A stretch of DNA of 64,000 nucleotides from Chrysomallon squamiferum (taxonomy: Eukaryota > Animalia > Mollusca): assembly GCA_012295275.1 (NCBI GenBank), contig CM022670.1:15190001-15254000 (forward strand), written 5' to 3'. A model generated the notes under the pieces. That model did no database searches. It saw only the letters and a program-made list of their open reading frames with translations, and was not told the DNA's origin. Positions 1 through 26,078 of the stretch are shown piece by piece (position 1 is the stretch's first letter; each line of letters starts with the position of its first letter). A program made the translations under genes and the position numbers.

Positions 1-556
1 TTTGTATGTGTTCTCTGTATATGTGTATGTGTGTGTTCTATTATGTTGAACATTTATATGTGTTTGTATGAAGTTGTGTCGATGCATATTTTTATGTGTA
101 TCCGCGTGTGTCTGTACGTGTGTGTGTGTGTGTCTGTGTGTCTGATCTGAGTATGTGTATGTATGAATATGTGTGTATATTTGTATAACTGTATCCGTTA
201 TGTGTATGTATGTGTTCTGCTGTTTATGATTATTTCTAAGTATATGCACGTCTACATATATATTAATGTATGTTCATTCATATATCCAACAGATATTTAA
301 CATATGAAGGATATTGTTCACAACTTTAAACTATTTTTTAAGTAGAAAATGTGTAAGCTGCTTGAAGTCACATATGTATGTATATTATCTGAATATACTG
401 AGATGAATAAAATGTATAGTTGTCCATGCTTTGGTAATCCATTACAGCTGTATAAACACATCTTATATTTAATTTGTCTTATTACTATCTTCAGTTAATA
501 AAACTCAGCTAAGAAATGGGCTTACAGAACAAGAATGAAATTATATAATCCGTGTG

Positions 557-601
<45 letters not shown>

Positions 602-682
602 TAAGAAACAAATATTTGCCATCATGATCAGGAAGACTTCTATTAAAACACTCTGGTGTAAAGATCAGTATCTTTGTATTTA

Positions 683-725
<43 letters not shown>

Positions 726-1692
726 TATATATATATATATAAAATTAATGACGTTTTGGCGAGATGTCAGACTTTTTTGTTTGTGTATGTCTTACAGCTG
801 CAATGAAATAATTAATATCACGACTTTTGATACACTATCTGTGGATCAAGGTATACAAATTTATCTATTCATTTTAAATACTCCTGAATACTTAATATCA
901 GTTTTATTGTTATTTGGCGTTTTTTTTTGTATCTAAAAACAAACAAACAAAAAATGTTTTTGCACATACATACAAATGATGTGATATTTTGAGTTTTCCA
1001 TATGCAAAAATTACAATGTACGAACGGAAGAAAAGCGACAAAACGTTATTACATTAAGTTTTGTTCTTTGATTGAATACAAAACCATCTGGGCGTATTTT
1101 GTACAGTTTTCTTTTATTAACTTTAAATTCTGGCTTTAACAGTTTTTACAGTTTATCTACAATCACCGAATAGTCACTACCGTAAACTGATTTAACATTC
1201 TACTTTGTAATCAAATAAAATTAATCACTTTTAAATTAATTAGTTCTTCCTGTCACATTATACATAATACAACTGAAATGATATCGATAATTATTACAGT
1301 AACAATGCTAAAATAATCACTTTTTAGTATATGCTGATTACAGTTTTCTAAGCCTGGTAATTATGTTACGTATTTCTGACTATGTTCTGTTTAGGATATA
1401 TAGTGTTAATCACAATGTTCAAAGTGTCGTTAATTCCCAGAACACCGTCAGTATGATACATTATAGTATTATTGTATCCTCTGCCAACTATCTGAGGTCG
1501 AACATAGACAAATAACTTCTATATTATCTGACAGACAAAGACACTGGTGAATAACACGAGAATAACGACCACAGTGATGATCATTATTATCAACAAATAT
1601 CATTATAGCACAAACTGTTTTCTTTCAAGTAACAACACCCTCGTCAACAATAATCACAGTAACTAGATAGATAGGTAGATACAATATAGTCA

Positions 1693-1729
<37 letters not shown>

Positions 1730-1741
1730 TCACACACAATT

Positions 1742-2124
<383 letters not shown>

Positions 2125-2832
2125 GTTAATAAAATAACACTGAGATGCTAGAAAGACAGGCAGACATACAGACGCAGGGAGTGAGGGAGAGTAAGGTAGA
2201 ATGAAATATAATTGTAAAAATACGTAATAACACAGAGAAAGTGAAAAAGATATAGATAGATAGTCAGATAGACAAGAAATATAAGAATGAAGAGAAGAGA
2301 GAAAGAGAAAGAAAGATGGTAGGAGAGAAAGAGTGATAAAAAAAGACTGTGCTTATTTATAGAGCGCCTGTATTATAAAGCTGTATGATCTGACGTTTGG
2401 CTTTACAATGATGATATGACGGAAGGAAACCCACTCCTCTTATTGACTAATGTTTTCAATATATTTTCACTTTTGCTAGACAAATAGTAGGATATAACAC
2501 GAAATGGAAAATCTAACGTACTGAGAACCTACCCTGCTCCAGACGCATGTTTTATTGGAGAAATGCTGGCCAGTTTTAAACACTGTTCGTATTTAGCGAT
2601 ATACGAACCAAGTTCAGAAAAAACCTGGAAACGAACACAACTACTGTCAGACGAACAACTGTACAGCCAATGTCATTTAAATGTTCTGAATATTTTTACA
2701 AAGAAATTTTGAAAAATAGCTGACTTCTTTAATTTGAGACCTGTTGAATGAAATTAACATAGCAGATTTACAACTACACAAAGATATTGACGAAAAAATA
2801 ATAACTATCTTTATTAGAGAAAATTATTATTA

Positions 2833-2869
<37 letters not shown>

Positions 2870-3784
2870 TTTTCGCAAATTGTCGATCATGGAGAAAATA
2901 AAGATAATTCTTATTTCTACTTGCTTGTCCTGTCTTTAGATTCTGATTTCAGTATTAAATACAGTAGTATAATCAGATTTGTCAAGCACTGACTAAAGCC
3001 TAACAGCTCAGATAAAACAAATTTTTAATTAATATTAATTAATTAATTTACTTATTTGTTGTTGTTGTTTTGTTACATGTGAAATCCTAATAAGTTTTGT
3101 TGAGAGCCTAATTTTAAGCTTTTTTTTTATATATCGAAAGTAGAAGTCTTATTAATTATTGTCCTAACAGTGAAGACCCACAGAGTAAATGTGACACATA
3201 ATCAAACACAAATCTAAATACAGCCCCTAAATGTGTTAATCTTCAACGTAAATGTCCGATAGCTAGAAACAACCGGAACTACTTCTACGTGACGGTGAAG
3301 TTCAAACAGCGGAATTATTTCCGGTTCAATTCGCCGAGTTAACGGCAACAGTTCCACAAAAATCATGTGATTGAAAATTCTCACGGTTTGCTCAAAGTCC
3401 ATTATCACTTCGGAATACGAGAAAGACGCAAGTATGAGAGTGTGAACGATTAATCACACAAAGTGAATTTGATTTACAGCCAAAAAATAACTTAAAAGTT
3501 CACTTCGTGTCACAAATTAATGGAAAGTCATGGCTGCAGACAAGACGTTTGACCCAGTTATTGATTTAGTCACCGAGCTAATTATAGCAGAGGTTAATTC
3601 TTCTTTCGTCGTAAGCATCATCATCATCGTTCTTCATTTTATTCTTTTCTTTTTCTTTAAGTCCTGTGTCTGTTTGTGTGTCTGTGGTATTCACTCAAGT
3701 TCTTGTTATTTCAGTGTCTTATCAGTTTATATTTGCTTTGTTATCTACTTATTATTGGACGTTTTAATAATAATAATAATAATA

Positions 3785-3849
<65 letters not shown>

Positions 3850-4224
3850 AATAATTATTATTATAATGCGAATACGAAGAAGAAGGAAAACAACGATAAA
3901 AATATTCCTACATCATTTCTTGGTAAATTTAAAATAAATAATTTGAAGGAAACAGATTATTTTAGTTTGCAATTCTTCACGGAACCCAGCAACGTCAACG
4001 TGATTGACACAACGATGTTGAAATGAACATTTTAGTGCCAGCCCTTCACGAGAAATCAATGGGAGAGAGAGATGCGGCCGACAGTCACCATTTTGACGTA
4101 TTAAATGCAGCACTGCTGACATGAGGCATTTATCATACTCTGTTCTCATTCAAACAAACACAGTGACCTTTTGAAATTCAGATTTATTTCCATCCGTCTG
4201 AATAGTAAAATAAACACCTATTTA

Positions 4225-4280
<56 letters not shown>

Positions 4281-5639
4281 GAAGAAGAACAAGAAGAAGA
4301 AGAAGAAGAAGAAGAAGAAGAAGAAGAAGAAGAAGAAGAAGAAGATGAATAACACTAAGAACAACAACAACAATGACGATGAGACGCCAACAACAACAAC
4401 AGCAAAAAGGAAATCCACAAAACGAACAGTATTTTTGCGAAGAGCTGTTAAAAGATAAAAAAATACGATAGGTAAAGTTAGATACGCGTTTGTCGCTTAA
4501 ACGTGGACATGTAGGCAGGGTGGAATTTAGACCTGTTGTGGCCGTAAACTACACAAAACACTAACCGTCCTGTTTGACAACAGTTAACCGAGATTAGTTC
4601 TGTGAAATAACTGATATGACATTAACAGAACTACTCTCTTTGATCAATAGATTTTGTTACTTTATGCTTAAACCCCGGCCCAGGCGGAATTTTAGTGTCC
4701 TTGGCAAGAAGCAACGAGGTAAAATTAACCCCCGTTATCTTCTGCAACGGCATTTCAGATTTTGATTAAAATTCTGAAGCAATATGGATTAAATGCAACA
4801 TTGGGTTCATTCCGGGAAAAAGGCCTTCAAATTTAAGCTGCCTGCCGTGTATGTGATGTTATTTTCATTCAGATGAAGTATTTTCTGTTTATTTTATACA
4901 TATTCCTAAAACGGATCAAGCTAGATTACAGTTATACATAATTTATCATTTTTATTTGTCCAGTAATAACAAATATTTTGTCTTCACTGATGGACAGGAT
5001 AAAACAGAAAGAAGAGGAACGATCGCTTGTTAAGTGTAAGTAATTATTAATTAATTAATTTATTTTTCTAATGATGAAAGCTGACGGCGAGAAATATTTA
5101 AAAACTGTAAATGCTTACCATATTGTTGGTTTTATGGGTACTTTTTTTTGAATCCATGAAGTAACATTTGTTTACAGGCACAGGATTACATTTCAATGTG
5201 AAACAAATCTGTGGGTTTATGGAAGAGGAAACCTGAATATCTGTTTGATATTCTTGTCGTATAAAAATAACACAACGTCTGACTAGAATTAACACTAACG
5301 TTGCCTTAACCCCCATTTTTTTTTTTCTGTTGTCACAATTTGTTCTTCGCTATTAGGAATTGTAACACTCTCAAACGTTATTTCGGTGTTATGTAGCAAG
5401 GGAGACAACTATAAATGATAAATTTGTTCAAATAAGTGATGAGCACATATAATACATTAAGGAGGATAACTGTCACGGAGCTCACACCTTTAAACACCTT
5501 GTATGTTTTATTAAGGCTCAGTCTATGGTAACAAGGTGCTTTAATGGCCACCTAACAAGGAATATAAATGCTAAATTGACAGCAATCTAAATAAATCAAT
5601 AAGTCTATCTATCCACTAGAGAAATAAAGCCATATTTCT

Positions 5640-6500
5640 AGCAGCAGCAAACGACCACTACACACAACACACGCACATCTACACCGACAGATCCAAAAAC
5701 CCAGACAACGGGAGAGTAGGATTCGCCTTCATAGCCCAAGATCACACAAACAAATCCATATGCATACAATTCGGCCATATCAGAAAACACCTTTCGGTAC
5801 ATACGGCCGAACTGGTCGCCATCATCGGGGCCATGCTGTGGGTGAAACACAACAACAACAAACACGCATGATATTCCCGGACAGCCTAAGTTCCGTCACC
5901 TCCATACAATCCGGTTATTCCAGCAGACCAGCCATAAAACAAAATACAACATCTACACGAGGATATACTACACAACAACAAACAACTAATCATCAGTGGC
6001 TCCCAGCACATGTTGGCATCATCGGCAGCGAACGTGCCGACCATTACGCCAAAGAGTCACTCAGCATCAAAGACGAAGACATCTGCACAGACATACACTA
6101 CGGAAGAAACGAAATTCTGTCCATCGCAGACAAACATTACGACAAACAGTGGCAAAATGAATGGAACAACACCAAAAACAAATGACACTTGAACACCAAA
6201 ACATCCAAAATCACACTGGCCAACAAACTACAGAACAACAATCTCACCAAAGTCAGAATTGGTTACTAGACCAACTTAAATGGAATCCGCTACAAATATC
6301 ACAACACGACATCATCCAACTGCAGCTGTGGACTCTCCGAAACCATGAAATACTACTTGTTTCACTGTCAAAAAAACATTTCGCCCAGGAAAGACAACCA
6401 CTACGGAACACATTGGAGGAACTAAAAATCGAGTTCGTTTCCAAAACATCCTGGTAAAACACGAAAGACAGATAAAACTATATACATTTAAAAAAACACA
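5640..6500 (+). mobile_element. Degenerate 3' fragment of an RNase H-bearing non-LTR retrotransposon (I/Nimb/Loa-like)
   Basis: Frameshifted RNase H motifs IYTDRSK..VGFAF, AELVAI, IFPDSLSS, QWLPAHVGIIGSERADHYAK; then WQNEWNN, a CSCG..ET..YYLF.C zinc-knuckle-like remnant and an A-rich tail. Confidence 0.85.
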
Positions 6501-8109
6501 AACTTTAGTTTTTAGTTTTTGAATTTTTTTTTGACATAAAAACGAAAAACAATTGAATACATTTATTGACTTACAGATTGATTGGTTGAACAGCTGATTG
6601 ATCCATGGATGGATCGGCTGATTGACGGATCGATTTGAATAGGAATTTAAATTAATAATTAAACAAATAATAAAACAAAAATAAACGTACTTACTTTTAG
6701 ACCATACTAACCCGGTTATGGAATTTAAGAAATGTACTTAATAAATGTAAATAAGTTAACTACGTTCATGTTTTTATTCTTTTTAGTTGCAGGTGTTTAT
6801 AGCATCTTCTAAATTAATAAAAACACCATTGGCAAAAAAAAAAAAAAAAAAAAGTTTGGAATTGTTGGACCAGAGGGAAGCATCCAAAAAGAACAAGGAA
6901 ACATCAAAACCAGAACAAACAAAGAGGCCGCAGCCAACATGGACCCGGCGACGAATACGAGACATTCAGCGAGCAAGACAAGTGCCGAAAACAACAACGA
7001 GCGGAAAACATCAACGAAACATCGCAACCGATTTGTTACGATCCCATATGCTGGACACTCCCTTGTGTCCTGTAATCGTAACGAGAACCCATTCTCTTTC
7101 CTTACCCAAAACTCTTTTCTGCAACAGGACACGCCCACTGACCTGTCAGAAAGTGTGCCTGTCGTAGACGTGCTTCACAATAGCTTGCTTTGATTAGCAC
7201 ATTAATTTTTTTCAAGGTTCAAGGTTGAAGTAACAATTAAAGTTACGCAATCTGAATTCCATCGCTTAAAAATAAAAGGAACGGATCTCTGATTGAAATA
7301 ACAAATTTGAATTCCGTGATTATAATCATGACTGATAAATATGTTTTAATCTGCGATGAGGCGAAGGAAAAAGTGTCAATAGACTGAGTTAGCTGCTTTA
7401 ACGATTATACTGATATATGATACAGTTAATATATGCATCAATATATGTACAGATTATTTGTCAATAAATGCATTATTACAACTGCACGATGAGCTTGGGA
7501 CTGGAAGTGACCTGGATTTCTGGTTTTCTGTAACACAGTGTAATACTGCTATTTACGAGCTTTGTGATTTTAGTCAGTCCCATAAAAAAAAAAAAAAAAA
7601 AAAAAAGAAAAAGAAGATAAAACAAATATCAGGGTTTATTTCCTTACTTGTATTCTGCTACTTGTTAATGGAAAAAAATTAATTAAGAGGCTATGCTCAT
7701 AATTATTATTTACTACATTATTTTAGATAAACCTTTTGTGCGCACGTTAATTTATCTTTGTGTGTTCTTTATAAAACGTGTGTACACGACCAGGTACAGA
7801 GCATAAAAGTAAAAATATGTTTGGATATCATCATTCCACGATATATCAGCCAATGGATGAAACCTCACCGACCCACAATTCACTAAAAATAATTATCTAG
7901 GATTGAATAATCTGATTTTTCCATTTTTATCATGATTAGTCAAGCGGTTTCGGAGATACAGAGCATTCTGAATTTTGGAAATCTCCCCTCCCATATAATA
8001 AACGAATTGCTCAATCCTTTGGTTATCTGTCTGCTGATTCCTGGAACATTTTTTAAAATAAGAATGACTCCTCTCTAGTGTTGTAAAACTACAATATACA
8101 TATATTTAT

Positions 8110-8285
8110 TAACGTCCTAGTGGTTCTGTCATGCATGACATTTAGATATTTTATTTCCAAAATTATCACAGATTTTCTATGACTGGTTAGCATATTAAAA
8201 TATTCTCATGGGCGATAAATATCACAGATGGTATTCAAAACAATGGACTTTCCTGACGCCAGATTAGTCCAGAATTCAAATCGAA
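8110..8285 (+). repeat. Dispersed repeat, also at ~24430-24610 (-) and ~32415-32600 (+)
   Basis: Shared gttctgtcatgca..tggttag..taaatatcacaRatggtattcaaaa..tgacgccag..gaattcaaatcga. Confidence 0.7.
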
Positions 8286-8297
8286 AATTAAATTAAC

Positions 8298-8349
<52 letters not shown>

Positions 8350-8393
8350 CAGCAAATAGATAACAACTGAAAGTTAATTTTCGATTTGAATTC
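8272..8393. repeat. Small inverted repeat around (TA)n, MITE-like
   Basis: gaattcaaatcgaaaatt(aaatt)aacttt ... aaagttaattttcgatttgaattc. Confidence 0.7.
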
Positions 8394-9905
8394 ATATATT
8401 ATTTATCTTGGGCTATACTACCTATGTGGGAAATGTAAATTGTCAGTTAGCTGTTAATGTGACAATATCAGATTTCAAGCATACACATCATGTACACACA
8501 ACCACATTCTAAACAGTGTGAAACAAAATAAACAAATCCACTTACTCAAAAACAACTGAATAATAAAATTTAGCCACATACGTAAACAAAATACAAAAAC
8601 AAGTTTAGACAAAAGACGTATATATGTGAGTGTATTATTATTATTATTATAATTATAATTACACATATTGGTATTTCTGTGGATAATACAGACATTCATT
8701 TTGACTGGTAAAATTAGTTAACTAGAAAACGTAATATATTTGAAAAACGACATATCGTTAAGCTTATGAACTCTTCAGCAACATTTTGAAAACTATATAA
8801 ATATACAATAGAATGGAGCCATGTGTATACTGTTGTTTAATAATCAGTGTCATAATATTATCATAAATATATTATGATTACCATAGTATGCTCTGTATAC
8901 TACTGTTCTATAATTATTCACATTTTTATCACAAATGTATTTATTTTTGTACATTTTAATTTTTTGGCGTTAGATTTTAAATATTATACATGAAAATGTA
9001 TTGTTTTGATTTTGTCTATTTTTTTAATTTAATTATATTATGAACAGAGACGAGTCCACATTTCTGTTTAAAAATTAAGGTTTTGAAATAGTTATTTTCC
9101 TAACTGTGCAATAAAATCAAAACAACAAATTTCATTGCTACATCGCAGTTTATCATATTTGATCGTCTAATAATTATTTCTGAAATCGAGTTAGATATAT
9201 CATGCCCAAATTTTATTACTACATAAAACAAAAACTAAGTCTATGAAAGAAAAAATAATAATAAATATGTATATATTAAAATATAATTACACATACACTT
9301 AATTTTTATCAATGTCAAAAGTGTTCATCTCATTAAATACTGCATATGAAATACTGAATATAAATCTCTTATCAAATATGAAAAAAAATATATATATACA
9401 TAATTGTTTGTGATTATAATATATTTACACATACACTGAATTTTTGTCAGTGTCAAAACTATTCATCTCATTAAATACTGCATATGAAATATTGTATGTA
9501 ATTTTTTTTATTAAGAATTGATAACAGTTGTGAAATATATATGTGTGTATATAATCATACACACACATAGACACACACACACAGACCCCCCCATATATAT
9601 ATATATACAATGTATATATAAATGATGGAATGCTGTATGTAAATACATCTGTTATTAACAATTCACAGTACAAGTACTCTCTCTATATATGTTTATATAT
9701 TTAACTGACTATAAATATAATTATTTTTAAACATACCTATTTATTTTTGTCTTATCTCAATGCTCGATTACATGGTATGTATAAGAGTATACCTTTCTAT
9801 GTGCCAAAATGTTTAGTTGCTTCACACCTTTGAAAAAGTATAACGAAAACTCATGGCACAAATGTATAAGACTAATTGTTATGTTATATTTGAAATGACT
9901 TGTAA

Positions 9906-20491
<10,586 letters not shown>

Positions 20492-21634
20492 GTTACATCA
20501 AGTCACATTAGACAGTCCTTTTCAGTGGAGCGTTGTACCTGTGCAGGATATAACACTGAATAATCACATTCAAATAGTGGTGGTTGTGCTGTAACAGTGA
20601 GCTGTAGTAGTAGTGATGGTAACAATAGCAGTATTAATAACATTAGTGGGAGTGTCAGAAATAGCAGACGTAGAAAATATCTACCATAAAAAGTGTAGCA
20701 ATAGTATATATATCCCTCTGTTTAGGCTAGCTAAACGGTCTTTTTCTTAGTATTATACAACATTACCCTAAATGAATCGTCTACAGATCATGTTGGTATA
20801 CAATACTATTCACAAAAATACATTCCAAAGCACAGCTATAGTTCACTGATTAAGCTTAGAAACTGGGTCGATAGAAATACAGAAAGGTCAAATGTAATGT
20901 AAACAAAATTGAAGGCAAATATGCTATTAGAACGTGTTCCCAAATATAAAAGTTGTAGAAAAATGTTTATTAATGTTAAACATTATTATATGCCTTTAAT
21001 ATATAAAAGTTATATATTATTCAGTGTGTTATAAAGGCATATTATAATGTTAAACATTATATCTTTCATCAAATATTTTATTATTTGAAACACTAAAACT
21101 CAAAACTCAAAACCACTTTACAATGTTGATCTACACTGTAGTCATATAAACACATATTATAAGATGCGTTACTCTTTGACTGGATATACCTGTGGAAGTG
21201 TTTTAATTAATAAATACCATAAATTTATGTTGTTTTACTATCTGGATACTTGTTGAAAACGTCGTCTTCCCTGCAGAAAAAAGGTCTCGTATTGTGCGTA
21301 TTTTTATACCTTACTCGCTCTACTAAGTTACAATAATAAAATAAAAACAAAAATATATATATATATAAAGAAAAGATAAAAGGGGTAATTCCCCTAAGAC
21401 GCCGACAGCCAATCACGCGAAATCTACAAAGTAAGTCATAGTAACTATATATATAAAGAAAAGAAAAAAGGTGGGGATTCCTCGAAGTTGCCGTAACTCA
21501 AGTCAGGCGATATCGTAGATTTTGGGGTCACTTCACTGTGCCCGCACGTATTGATATATATTACACAAATGTGTGGATATTTATTTTTAAACCAGTACAA
21601 AGAATAGTAACTCGTGTTAGACGATAAGGATAAT

Positions 21635-21702
<68 letters not shown>

Positions 21703-21719
21703 GCTGCTAGTGTTGTTGT

Positions 21720-21990
21720 ATAAAACAGAAGTATATAATATGACAGTCTCATTTTAGTATAAGGTGTTCATTTATGTAATTTAAAACACAAGTATATAAT
21801 ATGATAGACTGAGTTTAATGATAAAGTGTTCATTAAGGTAACACGAGACACATTTATATTATATGATAGAATGATTTTAACCATGAAGTTGTTCATTAAC
21901 GTAATATAAAATACAGTTATATATTACGATAGAATTATTTTTAATTATAAAGTTTACTAACGTAATATAAAACACAATTATAAATGATAG
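21720..21990. repeat. ~60-bp degenerate tandem repeat, ~5 copies
   Basis: Recurring taaaacacaagtatataatatgatagac..gtgttcatta. Confidence 0.7.
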
Positions 21991-22470
21991 ACTAATAGTA
22001 CTCAACATGATATATTCAGGGAGATATTTACCAGGCTGGATTAAAACTTCAATATCATTAATACGTAATTATAATAATCAGTTGAAGATTTCTTCTAAGA
22101 CTTTTATATTTGGGACGACGTTCTAATAGCATATTTGTCTTCAGTTTTGTTTGGAGTACATCGACCTTTCTGTATTTCTATACCATCCGGTTTCTAAGCT
22201 TAATCAGTGAACTCTAGCTGTGCTTGGAATGTACACTGGTGAATAGTATTGTATACGAACACTATCTGTAGGCTCTGCATTTAGGGTAATGTTGTAAGAT
22301 ACTAAAAATAGACCGTTTAGCTAGCCCGATCAAAAATGCGAATTTTAACTAATGGGGAAAAAATATATATACATTTTTTTCATTTACAAATGGCTGACTT
22401 ACTCATAAATTAACACAACTTAATGACAGAAACTTATACCTCTCTATCTCTCTCTCTCTCTCTCTATATA

Positions 22471-22536
<66 letters not shown>

Positions 22537-22569
22537 TCTTTATTCTCTGACTGTCTATCTAAATATCTA

Positions 22570-22603
<34 letters not shown>

Positions 22604-22836
22604 ATTTATGGTAAGTCAACTTTTTGTGAATGATATTTAATGTGTGTGTGTGACTATGAAAAAGTGTTTTTAATTAATAAAGACAATACATAATATGTTA
22701 TTTGACTTACCTGCTATCAACTTGTTCTGATTATTTGTCAAACTGTTTTTGGAAAATGTCGTCTAACTGATTTAATTAATAAAGAAAACAGGTTTGGTAT
22801 TTTTATACTTTACTTTGTTCTTTTGCTATCTAAGTG

Positions 22837-22905
<69 letters not shown>

Positions 22906-23527
22906 TATATAAAGAAAAGGAAAAAAAGGGGATTCCCCGAAGACGGGTGGGTCAGCCAATCAGACGAAATAGAATAGTTCTAGGAAGCGCTGAGTAAACT
23001 TAATAAATATAAGAAAACGTTTTAGGAATTATTTACAACAGTATTATTATTATTTATAATTATTATTATTATTAATACACTATATATATGTGACGGAAAA
23101 TCATTAGTGCCTGTTTGCCAGACTTGTTTCTAATCATAATTTTGTATTCTCTCTAGTGCGTTAGTTAAACTTACATAGCAGAGTGAATAAGGTATAAATG
23201 CATGCAGAATATGGGATTTGTTTTAGCAGGGAAGACGACATTTTCAAACGGAACAAATAACGGAACAAGTATGCAGGTAAGTAAAATAACATAACAAATG
23301 TATTGTATTTATTAATTAAATCACTTCCACAGGTATATCCAGTCAAACAGTTTGATAAAGTTGAGATTTGTACAACTACTTTGATAGTTACCTCACATGC
23401 ACATATCTTATAATATGTATTTATATGATAACATTGAAAAGGTTTTTTGTTTTCGTTTTTATACTTCTTGAAATAATTAAATCTTTTATGATCGATACAA
23501 AGTTCGACATTATAATATGAATAGTAA

Positions 23528-23582
<55 letters not shown>

Positions 23583-24265
23583 AATATATATCATTCACAA
23601 ATGGTTGACTTACCGATAAATAAAATAGATAGACAGATAGATTGTTAGATATTTAGATAGACAGACAGTTAGATAGAGATAGATAGATAGATAGATAGAC
23701 ATACAGACAGACAGAGAGATACAGATATAGATATAAGTTTATGTTATTAGGTTGTGTAAATATATGGCTAAGGCAACCGTTGGTAAATAAAAAATATGTA
23801 TATATTTTTGATCAGGCTAGCTAAACGGTCTGTTTTTAGTATCTTACAACATTACCCTAAATGCAGAGCCTATAGATAGTGTTCGTATACAATACTATTC
23901 ACCAGTTACATTCCAAGCACAGCTAGAGTTCACTGATTAAGCTTAGAATCCGGGTCGATAGAAATACAGAAAGGTCCAATGTAATCTAAACAAAATTGAA
24001 GACAAATATGCTACTCGAACGTCTTCCCAAATATGACATTCTTAGAAGAATATGTATTAAATCTTGTTTTGAAGCAACTGATTATTATATTTACGAATTA
24101 AAGATATTGAAGTTTTAACCCAGCTTTGCAAATATCTCTCTGAATATATCAGGTTGCGAAATATGTTATGATTATTATTAGACTATCGTAAAATTGTGTT
24201 CTATATTACGTTTGTAAACTTTATAATTAAAAATCATTCTATCGTAATATATAATTGTAATTTAT
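21880..24265. repeat. Nested inverted repeat (arms ~21880-22770 and ~23220-24265); third partial copy at ~20720-21280
   Basis: The block ggctagctaaacggtc..aagcacagctaKagttcactgattaagcttagaa..gatagaaatacagaaaggtc occurs on + at 20724 and 23815 and reverse-complemented at 22100-22330. Confidence 0.85.
22911..22970. promoter_or_regulatory. Repeated CCAAT-containing motif upstream of kinase 5'UTR-like exon modules
   Basis: aaagaaaag..ggg.attcccc.aagacg..cagccaatca..cgaaat here and at ~21368-21423, a degenerate copy at ~21455-21515, and reverse-complemented at ~33860-33915. Each lies upstream of a small ag|G(G)AAGACG..AACAAGT exon-like block. Confidence 0.4.
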
Positions 24266-24904
24266 ATAACTCAAATCTGTATAGTGTTTCACTTTATAAG
24301 ATGTCACAATTATTCTTTTTATTATTATTTGTTTTCATAATATGAATTGTGATTAAAAAAGCCTGCTTTGCAAAATAACGCTGTCAATCTGGTACTGGTT
24401 CTCTCAGTAAAGGTGTCATAATAACGACCGATTTGAAATCTGTTAAACAATATGATACTCTTTCTTTTTATGCTGGCGTCACGAAGGCCATTATTTTGAA
24501 TACCATTTGTGATATTTAGAATATTATAATATACTAACCAATCATAAAAATCTCTGATAATGCTGAAAGTAAAATATCAAAATTCCTTGCATGGCAGAAC
24601 GACTAAAACATTAATAAATGTATCAGTTGTAGTTTCCACCACTGGAAATGAATCCAACTTATTTTTAGAATGTTCAAGGCATGGTAGACTGATTATCAAA
24701 GGGTTGGAAAGTTCATTTATTATGAGCTGGGAGTTTCTCCTCAACCATACACGTAGCTACTTAACTAACTCTTTCTGTTAACTAAATAATGTAGTAATTT
24801 ATAAATATACTAATAGCTACGTAGCTCTAAATATACATACTGGAAGTAAAATTTACAAAGAATGCGGATCTGTCAACAAGTAAAAAAGAGACAAAAAAAA
24901 TACC

Positions 24905-24935
<31 letters not shown>

Positions 24936-25707
24936 TCACAACAAATACCCCCCCACCGAAAACAATAAAACAAAATAACCTCTATGGTTTTGCTAATGTA
25001 GGTACGTCTTGCTAAGAACAACAATTACGGAAAAATGGCTGTTAAATACAGTTTCATTCTTCAATTTTAACAGTTTCTAAAACAATAACAAAAAGAAAAC
25101 ATATAAACGGATGGTCCACTACTTACGACCAGATTATGTTTGAAACGACGGGAAGTATTTTGGAATGGACATTACTCCTAATTTACTTACGTTTCGTTGT
25201 TTGTTTATCTAAAATTAACATTTTCTCTTTCTTTCAGACATTGTATATAAGAGGGAAACACACCGGGATTTGTATTTATCTGTTCTATCTTATTTTTGTT
25301 TCCCGCTGCCCAACGTACCTTTGGAATTATACACAAATGTCTAAAGTAACAGATGTAAAACTCTGGTCTAGAAAATCGGAAATCCGGGTCAACTCTAGTA
25401 CCAAGGTTACTGGATAAATGGCCTCGCACTTGTACATTATTTCGACACTGTATCACATAAAAAGTAAGAAATACTCTTTGGTGTTTTATTTTATGGAAGA
25501 ACTAAATGAAGAAGATAGTTCAAAACACAGAATAAAATAGTATCTAAATACATAAATTCAAAGACTGCCGTGATTTTTGTAATATATTGAAACGTGGCAA
25601 TGTAATTTTCTATTAGCCAAATTAAAGAGGCGCTGCCAAAATTGTCTTGAACCAATTTCAGGTTGGCGTTTACACAAAAACTCGGTGGGTACATGAGGTT
25701 GTGAAAA

Positions 25708-25742
<35 letters not shown>

Positions 25743-26078
25743 AATTAAATATGGGCACGACATAACAGTTTCAGTCTGAACTGGTATGATGCAATCTTTA
25801 AAATTTCGGCAAACATAGCTAAGATAAAAATTATAACAAAATAATTGGAATTAAATAATAATAATTCAATGTAATTAAATTGTCTTACTGTTAACCCCCC
25901 CAAAACCCCCAAGAAACAACAAAATGAAAACAACAACAACAACAACAACAACAACAAAACGAAACAAAAACACATAATGAAAAATGTCAGAAGTCATGAG
26001 ATAATTAATGAGAAAATTTTATTTGCAATTCAACAGTGAAACCATAATTTTCTTCAAAGTCCTCATAAAAGTTAACAT

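Noticed and set aside
3530-4458. ORFs with poly-M/D/N/K/L/I and (ER)n/(SL)n runs here and throughout the window
   Set aside because: Translations of tri- and dinucleotide microsatellites.
20973-21057. 27-bp AT-rich inverted repeat
   Set aside because: Real but short, with no TSD or other copies seen, so no function can be supported.
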